From NCBI GenBank assembly GCA_963738405.1, contig CAVTWJ010000023.1, positions 288,001 through 352,000 on the forward strand: a stretch of DNA of 64,000 nt. Direction: 5' to 3'. Shown piece by piece: positions 1 through 10,084 of the stretch. Position 1 is the first letter of the stretch. Every line of letters starts with the position of its first letter. The notes under the pieces are model-generated. The model did not search any database. It saw only the letters and a list, made by a program, of their open reading frames with translations, and was not told the DNA's origin. This DNA is from a candidate division FCPU426 bacterium. GTDB taxonomy: Bacteria > Oederibacteriota > Muellerivitia > Muellerivitales > Muellerivitaceae. A program made the translations under genes and the position numbers.

Positions 1-2186
1 TTTAATGCCGTTTCTTCCAGGGATATTTTCTCAAGCGAACCCTCGCCCGTGACCGCCTCGATACGCCTAACCCCGGCAGCGACCGAGGATTCGCTGGCAA
101 TCTTAAAGAGCCCGATATCGCCCGTGCGGTTCACGTGGGTTCCCCCGCAAAGCTCGGTCGAAAAGCCGGGGATATCAACCACCCGTACCCTTTCGCCGTA
201 TTTTTCGCTAAAGAAAGCCAATGCGCCTTTTTTCTTGGCCTCGTCAAAAGACATCTCCTGTTTATCGAGCGCGATGTTATCGAGAATTCGCCGATTAACC
301 AGCGTTTCGATTTCTTTCAATTGTTCCGGCTTCACGCCCTCGAAATGGGTGAAGTCAAAACGAAGCCGATCAGGGCCGACATAACTTCCCGCCTGGCCAA
401 CGTGGGTTCCCAAAACTTTCCTGAGGGCCGCGTGAAGTAAATGGGTCCCTGTATGGTTTCGCATAGTAGCCCGGCGTTCGCTTTCCTCGACAGTGGCTTC
501 CACCTTTTGGTCCTTAACCAACTTTCCCCTTTTCATAAAACACCAGTGACCCACCAGGGTGTCCGACACCATCTGGGTATCCAGCACATCCGCCCAGGAA
601 ACTTCGGCGGAATTAAATCCCTGGATGACCCCCTTATCCCCTACCTGGCCGCCCCTTTCAGCGTAGAAAGGAGTTTGGTTCAAAATAATGAACCCATATT
701 CGCCTTCCTGAAGCTTCTCGACGGGTTCGTGTTTTTTATCTTTGACCCTTACCAGTTGGACTACTTGACCCAGATCTTTGGTTTTTTCGTATCCCTTGAA
801 CTGGGTCGCGGGAATCTTGGCGGACAATTCTTTGTAGAAGGGCGGAAGCACATCATCTCCGCTTCCCTTCCAGGCGGAACGGGCTTTTTCTTTTTGGCCT
901 TCCATGGCCTTTTGGAAACCAGCCTCATCCACCGACAATCCTTTTTCCTTCAGAATTTCTTTGGTAATGTCCAAAGGAAACCCAAAGGTGTCATAGAGCA
1001 TGAAGGCTTCATCGCCCGACAACATTGTTGCATTCGCTTTTTTCAGGTCTTCGATCTTATCGAGCAACCGTTCGGTGCCCGCGGCCAAGGTTTCGAAAAA
1101 CCGTTCTTCCTCCGATTTCACCACATTGACGATATGTTCTTTACGGGAAGAAAGTTCGGGATAGACATCCCCCATGAGCGCCACCACTTCGGCGGTGATG
1201 GGATAAAGAAAGGGTTTCTCGAACCCCAGAAGTTTCCCGTGCCGGACGGCTCTTCGAAGAATGCGGCGCAAGACATATCCCCGTCCTTCGTTGGAAGGAA
1301 GCACTCCGTCGGCAATCAGAAAGGTTGTGGCCCTTAAGTGATCGCTGATGACCTTCAGGGAGGTATAGGTTTGTGAACCATCCGCCTTCAGGGGAATCTT
1401 GCCCGCCTTGGCCACCGCCGCCATGAGGGGGGATAAAAGGTCCGTCTCGTAGTTAGAGGGAACCTTTTGCATCACGCTGGCCACACGCTCCAGGCCCATG
1501 CCGGTGTCGATGTTGGGTTTGGGAAGGGGCTTTAAGGTGCCGTCGGCCTGGCGGTCGAACTGGGTGAAAACCAGGTTCCATATCTCGAGGAAACGGCCCG
1601 ATTCGGCGTCCTCCTCAAAATTCTTCGTCTCACCCTTTTCTGGGGTCAAATCCACATAGATTTCAGAGCAAGGCCCGCAGGGACCGGTGGGGCCCATGGT
1701 CCAAAAGTTTGATTCCTCGCCCATGCGCACGATGCGCTCGGGAGGCAGCCCAGCTGTTTTCTTCCAAAGCTCAATGGCCTCATCGTCCTTCTCATAAACC
1801 GAAACCCACAGCCTGGACTTCTCAATTTCCAGAATCTTGGTCACAAACTCCCATCCCCATTCGATGGCTTCCTTCTTGAAATAGCCGCCAAAGGAGAAGT
1901 TACCCAACATTTCGAAGAAGGTATGGTGACGGGCGGTGTACCCCACCCTTTCCAGGTCTCCGGTGCGGAAGCATTTTTGGCAGGAAGCCGCATAGGGAAC
2001 GCTATGGGGAAAGGGGATGGTTCCCAAAAAATAGGGTTTGAATTGGTTCATGCCCGCGTTGGCCAAAAGAAGCGTCGGGTCGCTTTCGGGCACCAGAGAG
2101 GAAGAGGGCACGACCTTATGGTTCTTGGATTTGAAGAAATCCAGGTAGGCCTGCCTGATTTGCGCGCCGGTAGTGGGAATGCCCAT
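1..2186 (-). CDS. alaS: Alanine--tRNA ligase (3' end runs off the window; absent from the ORF track)
   Basis: Manual translation from ATG 2186 gives MGIPTTGAQIRQAYLDFFKSKNHKVVPSSSLVPESDPTLLLANAGMNQFKPYF; in frame near position 1 is ELCGGTHVNRTGDIGLFKI...VAAGVRRIEAVTG (editing domain). Confidence 0.97.
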   Translation of the reverse strand, partial: MGIPTTGAQIRQAYLDFFKSKNHKVVPSSSLVPESDPTLLLANAGMNQFKPYFLGTIPFPHSVPYAASCQKCFRTGDLERVGYTARHHTFFEMLGNFSFGGYFKKEAIEWGWEFVTKILEIEKSRLWVSVYEKDDEAIELWKKTAGLPPERIVRMGEESNFWTMGPTGPCGPCSEIYVDLTPEKGETKNFEEDAESGRFLEIWNLVFTQFDRQADGTLKPLPKPNIDTGMGLERVASVMQKVPSNYETDLLSPLMAAVAKAGKIPLKADGSQTYTSLKVISDHLRATTFLIADGVLPSNEGRGYVLRRILRRAVRHGKLLGFEKPFLYPITAEVVALMGDVYPELSSRKEHIVNVVKSEEERFFETLAAGTERLLDKIEDLKKANATMLSGDEAFMLYDTFGFPLDITKEILKEKGLSVDEAGFQKAMEGQKEKARSAWKGSGDDVLPPFYKELSAKIPATQFKGYEKTKDLGQVVQLVRVKDKKHEPVEKLQEGEYGFIILNQTPFYAERGGQVGDKGVIQGFNSAEVSWADVLDTQMVSDTLVGHWCFMKRGKLVKDQKVEATVEESERRATMRNHTGTHLLHAALRKVLGTHVGQAGSYVGPDRLRFDFTHFEGVKPEQLKEIETLVNRRILDNIALDKQEMSFDEAKKKGALAFFSEKYGERVRVVDIPGFSTELCGGTHVNRTGDIGLFKIASESSVAAGVRRIEAVTGEGSLEKISLEETAL

Positions 2187-2230
2187 AAAAACCTCTTTTG
2201 AATTAAAAAACTGAAACAAAACCTACACTT

Positions 2231-2341
2231 TCACCACCAAAACACCAAGTCACCAAGAACTTCGCCAACCCAATTCGTGACCAACGATGTAAACCCAAAC
2301 CATTTTTGGCTTTTCTTGGTGTCTTTGTGCCTTGGTGGTGA
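2231..2341. repeat. Intergenic imperfect inverted repeat with 8-bp periodic arms (REP/MITE-like)
   Basis: Left arm 2231-2259 TCACCACCAAAACACCAAGTCACCAAGAA vs reverse complement of 2313-2341 TCACCACCAAGGCACAAAGACACCAAGAA, 25/29 identical. Confidence 0.8.
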
Positions 2342-2350
2342 TATTTGGTT

Positions 2351-2863
2351 TTACTCTTCCTCGGGAAGGTCGGGATTATAACTGAAAACCTTTTGGACGG
2401 CGAGGCGGGAAGAAGGGTAGGAAAAACCCCTGCGCAAAAGGAAGCCCAGGGCTTTTTCGGGCCCTTTATCATTTAAACCACGACTGGATTTCAGAAATCG
2501 CCTTTTTTGGGCCCGAAGAAGCGCCAAAGCCGAATGGGCTTCCTCAACGCCTTTAAATTCATCAGCCAAAACCTTTTCACCCAGCGGCCCCGCAAGGCCC
2601 CTTTTTAAAAAGGCGGACCTGATCTTGGCCGGTCCCCACCCCATCCTTTTTCGGGAAGCCACGAACGACTCGGCCGAGCGTTGGTCATTCACCCAGCCCT
2701 TGGAGGTCAGTTTTTCCAAAACCTCGTCCTGGATATCCGGAGGCACGGCCCGCAGGGACAGCTTCGCCCTTAACTCAAAAGAGGTCCGGTCCCTCCGGCT
2801 TAAAAGGCCCAGGGCATAGCGGAAGGATTGGGGGAAATCGGAAAGGGGGGAAGGTTTCTTCAA
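2351..2863 (-). CDS. recX: RecX family regulatory protein
   Basis: ALGLLSRRDRTSFELRAKL, GWVND..AESFV, WGPAKIR, FLLRRGFS; immediately upstream of alaS, a common position. Confidence 0.9.
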   Translation of the reverse strand: MKKPSPLSDFPQSFRYALGLLSRRDRTSFELRAKLSLRAVPPDIQDEVLEKLTSKGWVNDQRSAESFVASRKRMGWGPAKIRSAFLKRGLAGPLGEKVLADEFKGVEEAHSALALLRAQKRRFLKSSRGLNDKGPEKALGFLLRRGFSYPSSRLAVQKVFSYNPDLPEEE

Positions 2864-2875
2864 GAAATAATCGGG

Positions 2876-3190
2876 CTAGGGAGCCGAGACCGTTCCTGTG
2901 GCCGGATCATATTGAACCCCGCCCGGAATATGGTCGATAAAGTCAGGGACCAAATCCTGAAGTGCCGCAGGAGGGGCGCCCTTTTGGCTCTTATAAGAAT
3001 TAACGGCCTGCTGGACAATATCCACGTTCGCGTGACCCGCCACCGCCTCGGCCCTTTGCTCATCGTTATGTAGAGCATTGGTATAACCCGGTAGGGTGGC
3101 TTCCTTGGGGGCGGATTCGATAACAGTCCAAAGGTAATAGCCGATACCACCCACGACCAAAATGACCAAAAGGATGAAAAACTTATCCAT
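2876..3190 (-). CDS. Small membrane-anchored protein with pseudopilin-like globular region
   Basis: N-terminal hydrophobic helix; AVNSYKSQKGAPPAALQDLVP resembles the GspG/pilin alpha-beta segment; overlaps the pdxJ stop with an AGGAG SD. Confidence 0.6.
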   Translation of the reverse strand: MDKFFILLVILVVGGIGYYLWTVIESAPKEATLPGYTNALHNDEQRAEAVAGHANVDIVQQAVNSYKSQKGAPPAALQDLVPDFIDHIPGGVQYDPATGTVSAP

Positions 3191-3929
3191 TCTTTCCTCC
3201 TAAGGAAACAGCCTTTTTAAGAATCCCAACCATTTCCTTAACCGCCTGAGTTAATCCTACCATGGAAGCGCGGGCGATGATGTTGTGGCCGATGTTAAGG
3301 TCTTCGATTTCAGTTAATGAGGCCACGGGAGCGGTGTTTTCATAGGTCAAACCATGCCCGGCGTGGACTTGAAGCCCCAAGGATTTGGCATATCGGGCCC
3401 CAGCCGCCAGGATCAAAAATTCTTTTTTCTCATTTTTCTCCGTTCGAAAGGCCCGGCTATAGGCCCCGGTATGTAGTTCGACATACAGAGCGCCCAACCG
3501 GGCGGAAAGGTCGAGGGTTTTTTTATCGGGAAGGATGAAAAAGGAAACTGGGATTCCCTTCGCTTGGAGCTTGTCCACGGCCGTTTGAAACCGTCCCAGG
3601 TCCGAAGCCAGGTTGAGCCCTCCCTCGGTCGTTAACTCACGGCGCCTTTCCGGGACTAGGGTCACTTGGTCCGGCTTGATTTGAAGGGCGAAACGGATCA
3701 TTTGAGGCGTCGCGGCCATTTCCAGGTTTAGTTTCGTACGGAGGGACTTTCGGAGCCGTACGACGTCCCGGTCCTGGATATGGCGCCGGTCTTCCCTCAA
3801 ATGGACGGTAATCCCCACGGCCCCAGCCCTTTCGCACAATTGGGCCGCCTCAATAGGGTCCGGCTGATCTTCTAAGCGGGCCTGCCGGAGGGTGGCGATA
3901 TGGTCGATGTTGACGCAAAGCTTGGCCAT
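3183..3929 (-). CDS. pdxJ: Pyridoxine 5'-phosphate synthase
   Basis: VNIDHIATLRQAR, ITVHLREDRRHI, LTTEGGL, VHAGHGL, LNIGH. Confidence 0.97.
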   Translation of the reverse strand: MAKLCVNIDHIATLRQARLEDQPDPIEAAQLCERAGAVGITVHLREDRRHIQDRDVVRLRKSLRTKLNLEMAATPQMIRFALQIKPDQVTLVPERRRELTTEGGLNLASDLGRFQTAVDKLQAKGIPVSFFILPDKKTLDLSARLGALYVELHTGAYSRAFRTEKNEKKEFLILAAGARYAKSLGLQVHAGHGLTYENTAPVASLTEIEDLNIGHNIIARASMVGLTQAVKEMVGILKKAVSLGGKNG

Positions 3930-3938
3930 GGGGTTCCT

Positions 3939-4334
3939 TTACTTCTTATGTTTGGGCAGGGGCTTCGAGGGGGCGGGAATAAGCGGTATCTTCAGGGTCT
4001 GGACGTTGGCGGCTACGTCCTTGGGCAGGGGTTTGATAATGGGATGCGCCACCACTTCCCGCTGGTCAGGGGTGGTTCCCTTCAAGCTGACTTCGGCTGT
4101 CAATTCGTCCCCATCCAAATCCAAAATGCTTTCCTTCCGGCCGGTGAGAACCACCGAAACCGAGGTGCGCACCCGGGGGTCCACCGTCACGCCGTCCGGA
4201 ATGTCATTGAGCTCCACCGGAACGGTCACTTTCCGGTCGATAATCTGGCGGGACCCGACATAGGCCCAGAGGGCGACGGAAATAAAAAGGGCCAGGATTT
4301 TTAACCCCAAGTTTTCAAACAGCCAGCGTTTCAT
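3939..4334 (-). CDS. cdaR: CdaR/YbbR-like regulator (single YbbR-type domain)
   Basis: ENLGLKILALFISVALWAYV transmembrane start followed by VPVELNDIPDG; directly downstream of cdaA. Confidence 0.75.
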   Translation of the reverse strand: MKRWLFENLGLKILALFISVALWAYVGSRQIIDRKVTVPVELNDIPDGVTVDPRVRTSVSVVLTGRKESILDLDGDELTAEVSLKGTTPDQREVVAHPIIKPLPKDVAANVQTLKIPLIPAPSKPLPKHKK

Positions 4335-4354
4335 AAAACCCCGCTTCGTTCGTT

Positions 4355-5122
4355 TTAATCTACTTTCGTTCCGTAGAGCGTCAGCATTTCCTCAAGCGTT
4401 TCCGCGTCGATTCCCGGGGTCATCTTGCCCGCCATGGCGAAGGCGATTTGGTGATTTTCTTCCGAAACCACGATAGCCAGGGCGTCCGTTTCTTCGGAGA
4501 TTCCCACGGCGGCCCGGTGGCGGGTGCCGAAGGCTTTGCTCAAGTGGGGATTCTGGCTTAAGGGAAGAATGCACCCCGCCGCCGCGATTTTTCCGCCCCG
4601 GATAATGACGGCTCCGTCATGGAGGGGGGAGGGCGGGGTAAAGAGGGTGACCAAGAGTTCGCTGGTTACATCTGCTTCGATCTTGGTGCCGCTTTCAAAA
4701 ACGCTTTGAAGGCTGTCATCCCGCTCAATCACCAATAGGGCCCCGCGTTTGGCCTTGACCAGCTCCCGAACGGCCTTGGTGACTTCCTGAAACAGGAGGG
4801 CGTCCCCCTGAAATACCCCGCCCCAAAAGCCCCCGCCCCGGCCGATTTGGGTGATGATGCGCCTTAAATCGGGCTGGAAAACCACTACAAAGGCGATGAG
4901 AAAAAAGGGCCCCAAATTGCTCAGAAGCCAGTCCAGGGTCAAAAGGTGAAATTGGCTGGCCACCACCGTGGCCAGAAAAAGGATGGTGAAACCCAAAACG
5001 ATGCGGGTGGCCCTGACTTCCCGGATCAATAGGAGCAACTGATACATGAGGTAGGCCACGACCAGAATGTCGAGGACGTCCACGAATCGAAAATTGGCAA
5101 GCAAAGCCGACAGATTATTCAT
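4355..5122 (-). CDS. cdaA: Diadenylate cyclase CdaA (DacA)
   Basis: Three N-terminal TM helices; catalytic motifs SPLHDGA and GTRHRAA; VVSEE. Confidence 0.95.
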   Translation of the reverse strand: MNNLSALLANFRFVDVLDILVVAYLMYQLLLLIREVRATRIVLGFTILFLATVVASQFHLLTLDWLLSNLGPFFLIAFVVVFQPDLRRIITQIGRGGGFWGGVFQGDALLFQEVTKAVRELVKAKRGALLVIERDDSLQSVFESGTKIEADVTSELLVTLFTPPSPLHDGAVIIRGGKIAAAGCILPLSQNPHLSKAFGTRHRAAVGISEETDALAIVVSEENHQIAFAMAGKMTPGIDAETLEEMLTLYGTKVD

Positions 5123-6246
5123 GGCCGCGTCAAACCCCGGTTGTTTCGGATGGCGTCGGCTATTTTTACCACACGAACCATGCTTTGAACATCATGAACC
5201 CTTACAAAATCCGCCCCCGAGAGGATTCCCGCGGTCACGGCGGCGGCTGTGGCCTCCAGCCGATCCTCCGGCGGAAGACCCCCCGTCAGGAACCCAAGGG
5301 TGGATTTGCGGGAAGGACCGAAAAGCAGGGGAAAGCCCAGAACCTTGAATTCCCAAAGCCTGCGGGTCAATTCCATATTGTGCCAGGGCGTTTTACCAAA
5401 ACCGAAACCCGGGTCCAAAATGAGGCTTTCCCGGGCGATCCCCCGTTCAAGGGCAAAACTCACCCTGGACCTGAAAAAAGACAGAATCTCTTCCACTACC
5501 TCCCCGTATCGGGGATTCTTTTGCATGGTCCTTGGCCGGCCCTTCATGTGCATGAGCACCACCGGGACCCGCAGTTGGCTTACCGTGGAAGCCATTTGGG
5601 GATCGCCCCTTAAGGCTGTAACGTCGTTCACGATGGAAGCGCCCGCTTCGACTGCCTGCCGTGCGACCTGGGATTTAGCGGTATCGATCGATAAAGGAAT
5701 CTTTAGTTTCTTAGACAAAAGCCGAAGAACCGGCAGAACCCTTTTTAACTCTTCACGAAGGGCAACGCCCTTGGCTCCGGGCCGGGTGGATTCACCGCCT
5801 ATATCGATTAAATCCGCGCCTTCGGATTGCATCCTCAAGGCGCTATCGAGGGCCGCAGAAGGGTCCATCGCCTTTCCCCCATCGGAAAAAGAATCGGGTG
5901 TGATGTTGAGGATTCCCATCACCCGGGTTCGTTGGGGAATCCGGGCATAACCCGCGAGACCTATATGAATCTGTTCCGCGGCTTGGGGATAAAGGGAAGA
6001 AAGAATCTTGGAGAAGTAAAGATTTCGACTAAGGGAAGAGGTCCAATGGACCAGGTTCGCGCCTTGCCCCACGAACCGTTTGGGTGAAAAACCAAGCGTT
6101 GAAAGTTTATCGAAAATAACCTTCGCCGGAATCGGCCTATTGATTCTTAGGGAACATTGGATCTCAAGGCTGGGAGGAACTGACTTGAAGCCAAGAGGCG
6201 GGGCGGGTTGAAGGACGCGGAAGGAAAACCCTGTTTCCGGGGCCAT
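5119..6246 (-). CDS. folP: Dihydropteroate synthase with ~100 aa N-terminal extension
   Basis: MGILNITPDSFSDGG, IDIGGESTRPG, LDPGFGFGKT, SRKS, VRVHDV. Confidence 0.96.
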   Translation of the reverse strand: MAPETGFSFRVLQPAPPLGFKSVPPSLEIQCSLRINRPIPAKVIFDKLSTLGFSPKRFVGQGANLVHWTSSLSRNLYFSKILSSLYPQAAEQIHIGLAGYARIPQRTRVMGILNITPDSFSDGGKAMDPSAALDSALRMQSEGADLIDIGGESTRPGAKGVALREELKRVLPVLRLLSKKLKIPLSIDTAKSQVARQAVEAGASIVNDVTALRGDPQMASTVSQLRVPVVLMHMKGRPRTMQKNPRYGEVVEEILSFFRSRVSFALERGIARESLILDPGFGFGKTPWHNMELTRRLWEFKVLGFPLLFGPSRKSTLGFLTGGLPPEDRLEATAAAVTAGILSGADFVRVHDVQSMVRVVKIADAIRNNRGLTRP

Positions 6247-6253
6247 CCCTTTC

Positions 6254-6811
6254 TTATTTCCCGATCAATTGGAGGGCTTCCATCCGGGTGGCCACGTTTT
6301 TCGCGAAAACTCCCCGCACGGCGGAGGTGGTCATCCGGGCCCCGGGTTTCTTGACCCCCCGCATGGTCATGCAAAGATGCTCGGCTTCCACGATGACCAA
6401 AGCTCCATAGGGTTTCAGGGCCTTCATGATGGTATCGGCGACTTGGGTGGTGATTCTTTCCTGCAATTGGGGACGGCGGGAGATGGTTTCAACGATCCGG
6501 GCCAGTTTCGAAAGGCCGCAAAGCCGGTCCTTGCGGGGGGCATAGGCCACATGGGCTTTGCCGTAAAAGGGCAGCAGGTGATGCTCGCACATGGAGTAAA
6601 AGGGAATGTCGCGGAGGATGACCATTTCCTCGTGGCCTTCCGTCTCGAAGATCGTCACCAATTCCTTGGGATCGGCGGCTATACCGGAAAATACTTCCTC
6701 GAACATCTTAGCCACCCTCTTCGGGGTGTCCTTCAGGCCCTCCCGGTCCGGATTTTCGCCCAAACCGAGAAGAATTTCACGAACGGCCTTCTCGATTCGG
6801 GGTTTATCCAA
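6254..6811 (-). CDS. folE: GTP cyclohydrolase I
   Basis: [43 protein letters not shown]. Confidence 0.97.
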   Translation of the reverse strand: MDKPRIEKAVREILLGLGENPDREGLKDTPKRVAKMFEEVFSGIAADPKELVTIFETEGHEEMVILRDIPFYSMCEHHLLPFYGKAHVAYAPRKDRLCGLSKLARIVETISRRPQLQERITTQVADTIMKALKPYGALVIVEAEHLCMTMRGVKKPGARMTTSAVRGVFAKNVATRMEALQLIGK

Positions 6812-8747
6812 GACGTCCGCCTTCCATAGCCTGCAGGGGAGCGGGGGTGGGCTGGGGCGTCAAGGCGGGGCCTACGGGCGCGGGGCTGGAACCCGCCGGA
6901 GGCTGGGCGGTGGGAGGCGGGGCCTTGGGAGCGAGCGGCGGCATTTTTTTGCCGGCCATGATCAAATCCACATCGCTGGCGTCCAGGGTTTCCCTTTCCA
7001 AAAGGGCCTCGGCCATAACTTTCAAAAACTTCCGGTTTTTCTTCAGGATCACCATGGCCTCCCGGTGGCAGGATTCCACGATGCTTTTCACCTCATCGTC
7101 GATGGCCTGGGCCGTCCTTTCGGAATAATTTTTTTCTTTCATGAGATCCCGGCCGATGAAGACCATGTCATCCTTGCCGCCCAGCGTCACCGAACCCAGT
7201 TTGGGGCTCATCCCGTACTCGCAGACCATGGCATGGGCGATTTCGGTGGCCCGGCTTAAATCATTGCCCGCTCCGGTCGTGACATCCCCGAAGATCAATT
7301 CTTCGGCCGTACGGCCGCCCAACAAGGCGGTAATGCGGTGCAACAGCTCGGTCTTGGAGGCGAGAAACTTTTCTTCATTCGGGAGGTACCAGGTCGCGCC
7401 CAAGGCCGCGTGGCCCCTGGGAATGATGGAGACTTTATGGACCGAGTGGGATTTATCGACCATCTTGCCCACGATGGTGTGGCCGGATTCGTGGTAGGCC
7501 ACGATCTTTTTCTCATCCTCGGTAATGACGCGGGTTCGTCTTTCGGGCCCCGCCATGACGCGGTCGATGGCTTCCTCAAGCTCGGAAAGCTCCACGGCTT
7601 TTTTATTGCGGCGGGCGGCCAACAGGGCCGCCTCGTTGATCAAATTAGCCAGATCGGCTCCCGAAAAGCCGGGAGTGCGCCGGGCGATGACGGATAAATC
7701 CACTCCCTCGACCAGCTTCACGGCTTTCGAATGAACCCTGAGAATCGCTTCACGTCCCGCCAAATCGGGGCGGTCCACCACGATTTGCCGGTCAAAACGT
7801 CCGGGCCGCATCAAGGCCGGGTCCAAAACATCCATCCGGTTGGTAGCGGCAATCAGGATGACGCCGTTGTTGGTATTGAACCCGTCCATCTCCACGAGCA
7901 TGGCGTTCAAGGTTTGTTCCCGCTCGTCGTGGCCCCCGCCCAAGCCGGCGCCCCTCTGGCGGCCGACCGCGTCGATTTCATCGATGAAGATGATGCAAGG
8001 CGCGTTCTTTTTGCCCTGTTCGAAAAGATCCCGGACCCTCGCGGCTCCCACCCCCACGAACATCTCCACAAAATCCGAGCCTGAGATGGAAAAGAAGGGA
8101 ACTCCCGCCTCTCCCGCGACCGCTTTGGCTAGGAGGGTTTTACCTGTGCCCGGAGGCCCAAGAAGGATGACGCCCTTGGGGATCTTTCCGCCCAGGAGCT
8201 GGTATTTCTTCGGGTCTTTAAGAAAATCCACCACTTCCATCAGTTCGGTCTTGGCTTCATCCACACCAGCCACATCGGCGAAGGTGATTTTTTGCGAACC
8301 GGAAGTCATGAGCCGGGCGCGGCTTTTCCCAAACGCCATCGCTCCGCCGCCGCCGCCCTGGGCTTGACGCATGGTGAAATAGAAAAACCCCAATAAAAGA
8401 AAAATAGGGCCAAAGGTCACAAAGAGGGTATTCCAGATGCTCGGCTTCTGGGGTGGCTCGGCTGAAATTTCAACATTTTGTTTGAGAAGCAGTTGGGTCA
8501 GCTCCGGGTCGTGATCATCCGGTTGAACGACCGTAAACTCTTCCCCGCCCTTGGCGGTTCCCGCGATAAGGCGGTCATCGGGATGGATATCGGCCTTTTG
8601 AATGTGTCCGGCCGAAATTTCAGTCACAAATTTGGAATAGTCCCAAACCTCATTTTTCTTGTGGGGGCTTTGGGATTGCTGAAAGAAATACATAATGACC
8701 ACGAAGATAATCAGGTAAAGGGCAATCATTTTATAATGTTGGCTCAA
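6804..8747 (-). CDS. ftsH: ATP-dependent zinc metalloprotease FtsH
   Basis: Two TMs, [27 protein letters not shown] zinc motif; TTG start after AGGAG. Confidence 0.98.
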   Translation of the reverse strand: MSQHYKMIALYLIIFVVIMYFFQQSQSPHKKNEVWDYSKFVTEISAGHIQKADIHPDDRLIAGTAKGGEEFTVVQPDDHDPELTQLLLKQNVEISAEPPQKPSIWNTLFVTFGPIFLLLGFFYFTMRQAQGGGGGAMAFGKSRARLMTSGSQKITFADVAGVDEAKTELMEVVDFLKDPKKYQLLGGKIPKGVILLGPPGTGKTLLAKAVAGEAGVPFFSISGSDFVEMFVGVGAARVRDLFEQGKKNAPCIIFIDEIDAVGRQRGAGLGGGHDEREQTLNAMLVEMDGFNTNNGVILIAATNRMDVLDPALMRPGRFDRQIVVDRPDLAGREAILRVHSKAVKLVEGVDLSVIARRTPGFSGADLANLINEAALLAARRNKKAVELSELEEAIDRVMAGPERRTRVITEDEKKIVAYHESGHTIVGKMVDKSHSVHKVSIIPRGHAALGATWYLPNEEKFLASKTELLHRITALLGGRTAEELIFGDVTTGAGNDLSRATEIAHAMVCEYGMSPKLGSVTLGGKDDMVFIGRDLMKEKNYSERTAQAIDDEVKSIVESCHREAMVILKKNRKFLKVMAEALLERETLDASDVDLIMAGKKMPPLAPKAPPPTAQPPAGSSPAPVGPALTPQPTPAPLQAMEGGRLG

Positions 8748-8827
8748 GGAAGACTCCTATTCGTCGTTGAGGTGAAATCCCGCGTCTCGAAACCATAGGA
8801 AGGGCAGGTGGGAGAAGCAAGGGTCGT

Positions 8828-8857
8828 ATCATATCCGAGGCTCTTTTGCCTTTGCAA
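8828..8857 (-). promoter_or_regulatory. Putative sigma70 promoter for ftsH
   Basis: Minus strand TTGCAA-N18-TATGAT. Confidence 0.45.
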
Positions 8858-8883
8858 GAAGGCCTAAAACACCGCAAATCCCC

Positions 8884-9912
8884 TCAAGGTTTACGATGGA
8901 GGAGGGAGCGGTTAGCTTTGGATTTTTGAAGTGTGAGGTCCTGACCCGATACTCCGGCACTGAGGCCAAAACCTAGATCCCGGGGTCCCATTTGACGGTG
9001 GGACTCAATTTCCAATACCTCCTCCGCCCTTTCAAAGGAAAGGCCCCTTGCCCGAGGTTCCAAACGCTCCGCCGCCCAGCGGACCAACCTTCTTTTGAGA
9101 GGAACCGCAAGGCTTGAAAAGCTTTTTCGGGGAAAAGAAACACTGTTTCGTTTTAATTTTCCCAAATGAAGCGCCAGACCCTCCACCCAACCCTCCATCC
9201 AAGCATCCTCGCCAGCCAGGATCTCCCCTGTTTGGGCCAGTTTTCGCGTCAAGTCTTTGTTCCATTTCGTTAAAAAAGGAATAATTTCATGACGGATTTG
9301 ATTTCGCCGGTAAAGCGTCTTGGCGTTGGATGAATCCTCACGCCAAGCGATGTGGTGATCGCGCAAGTATTCCTTCATTTCGTCCTTTGAGTAGGACAGC
9401 AAAGGACGCCACACTTTCAAGGGCCGGTTCGAACCGATCGCAAGTTCCTGAACCGGGCGCAAACCCGAAAGACCCCTGGGGCCGGCGCCCCGGAGCAACC
9501 GATCCAAGACTGTTTCAGCTTGGTCTTCCAAATGGTGGGCGACAACGGCCCCCCAAGCCTTTTCCTTTTTGGCCAAGGACGCGAAAAATCCATACCTTAT
9601 ATCCCTGGCCCATTCTTGCAGTGACCCCGCGTTTTTCTTTTTGGGTATTACCCGCAACACCTCACATGGCAGTCCCCAGGCCCTCGAAAGTTCCCTCACG
9701 AATTCCTCGTCCGCGCGGGAATCTTTCCCGCGCAGTCCATAATTGACGTGGGCGACCCTGAGCCTTTTCTCCGGATGAGGCACGTTTTCTTTTAATAGAG
9801 AAAGCAGGGCTACCGAATCGGAGCCGCCCGAAACGCCCACCACAAGCCTGGCGTTTTTCGAGAAGGGTTCTGGAGGAAAGGGTCTTAATTTCATAGGGGT
9901 CTGGGACTTCAA
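8884..9912 (-). CDS. tilS: tRNA(Ile)-lysidine synthetase (short form; start may be ATG 9894)
   Basis: VSGGSDS PP-loop, HVNYGLRG, AHHLEDQAET, WREDSSN...RNQIRH; upstream of ftsH. Confidence 0.95.
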   Translation of the reverse strand: MKSQTPMKLRPFPPEPFSKNARLVVGVSGGSDSVALLSLLKENVPHPEKRLRVAHVNYGLRGKDSRADEEFVRELSRAWGLPCEVLRVIPKKKNAGSLQEWARDIRYGFFASLAKKEKAWGAVVAHHLEDQAETVLDRLLRGAGPRGLSGLRPVQELAIGSNRPLKVWRPLLSYSKDEMKEYLRDHHIAWREDSSNAKTLYRRNQIRHEIIPFLTKWNKDLTRKLAQTGEILAGEDAWMEGWVEGLALHLGKLKRNSVSFPRKSFSSLAVPLKRRLVRWAAERLEPRARGLSFERAEEVLEIESHRQMGPRDLGFGLSAGVSGQDLTLQKSKANRSLLHRKP

Positions 9913-9919
9913 CAGAAAA

Positions 9920-9996
9920 TGGTAGCGGGGGAGAGACTCGAACTCTCGACCTACGGATTATGAAACCGTTGCTCTAGCCAGCTGAGCTACCCCGCC
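9920..9996 (-). tRNA. tRNA-Met (CAT), elongator type
   Basis: GGCGGGGTAGCTCAGCTGGCTAGAGCAACGGTTTCATAATCCGTAGGTCGAGAGTTCGAGTCTCTCCCCCGCTACCA; cloverleaf, CCA encoded, G1.U72. Confidence 0.93.
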
Positions 9997-10041
9997 ATTC
10001 CATCGGCGCGTTCACGGGACAGAACCCGTGAAGGGCAAGTG

Positions 10042-10070
10042 AATATGCCAATCTTCCTTTGGCTTGTCAA
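10042..10070 (-). promoter_or_regulatory. Putative sigma70 promoter for tRNA-Met/tilS
   Basis: Minus strand TTGACA-N17-CATATT. Confidence 0.6.
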
Positions 10071-10084
10071 TTGGCTCACAGGGG

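Noticed and set aside
49..2201. Plus-strand ORFs, including 441..1337 (298 aa)
   Set aside because: Antisense shadows of alaS, which the ORF track omits because it has no stop in the window.
2203..2472. 89-aa minus-strand ORF
   Set aside because: Overlaps recX out of frame and translates the palindromic repeat (HHQGTKTPR...LVTWCFGG).
9920..9996. CAT tRNA beside tilS as tRNA-Ile2
   Set aside because: The acceptor stem (G1.U72, G2-C71, C3-G70, G4-C69) fits elongator Met, not the C4-G69/C5-G68 pattern of TilS substrates.
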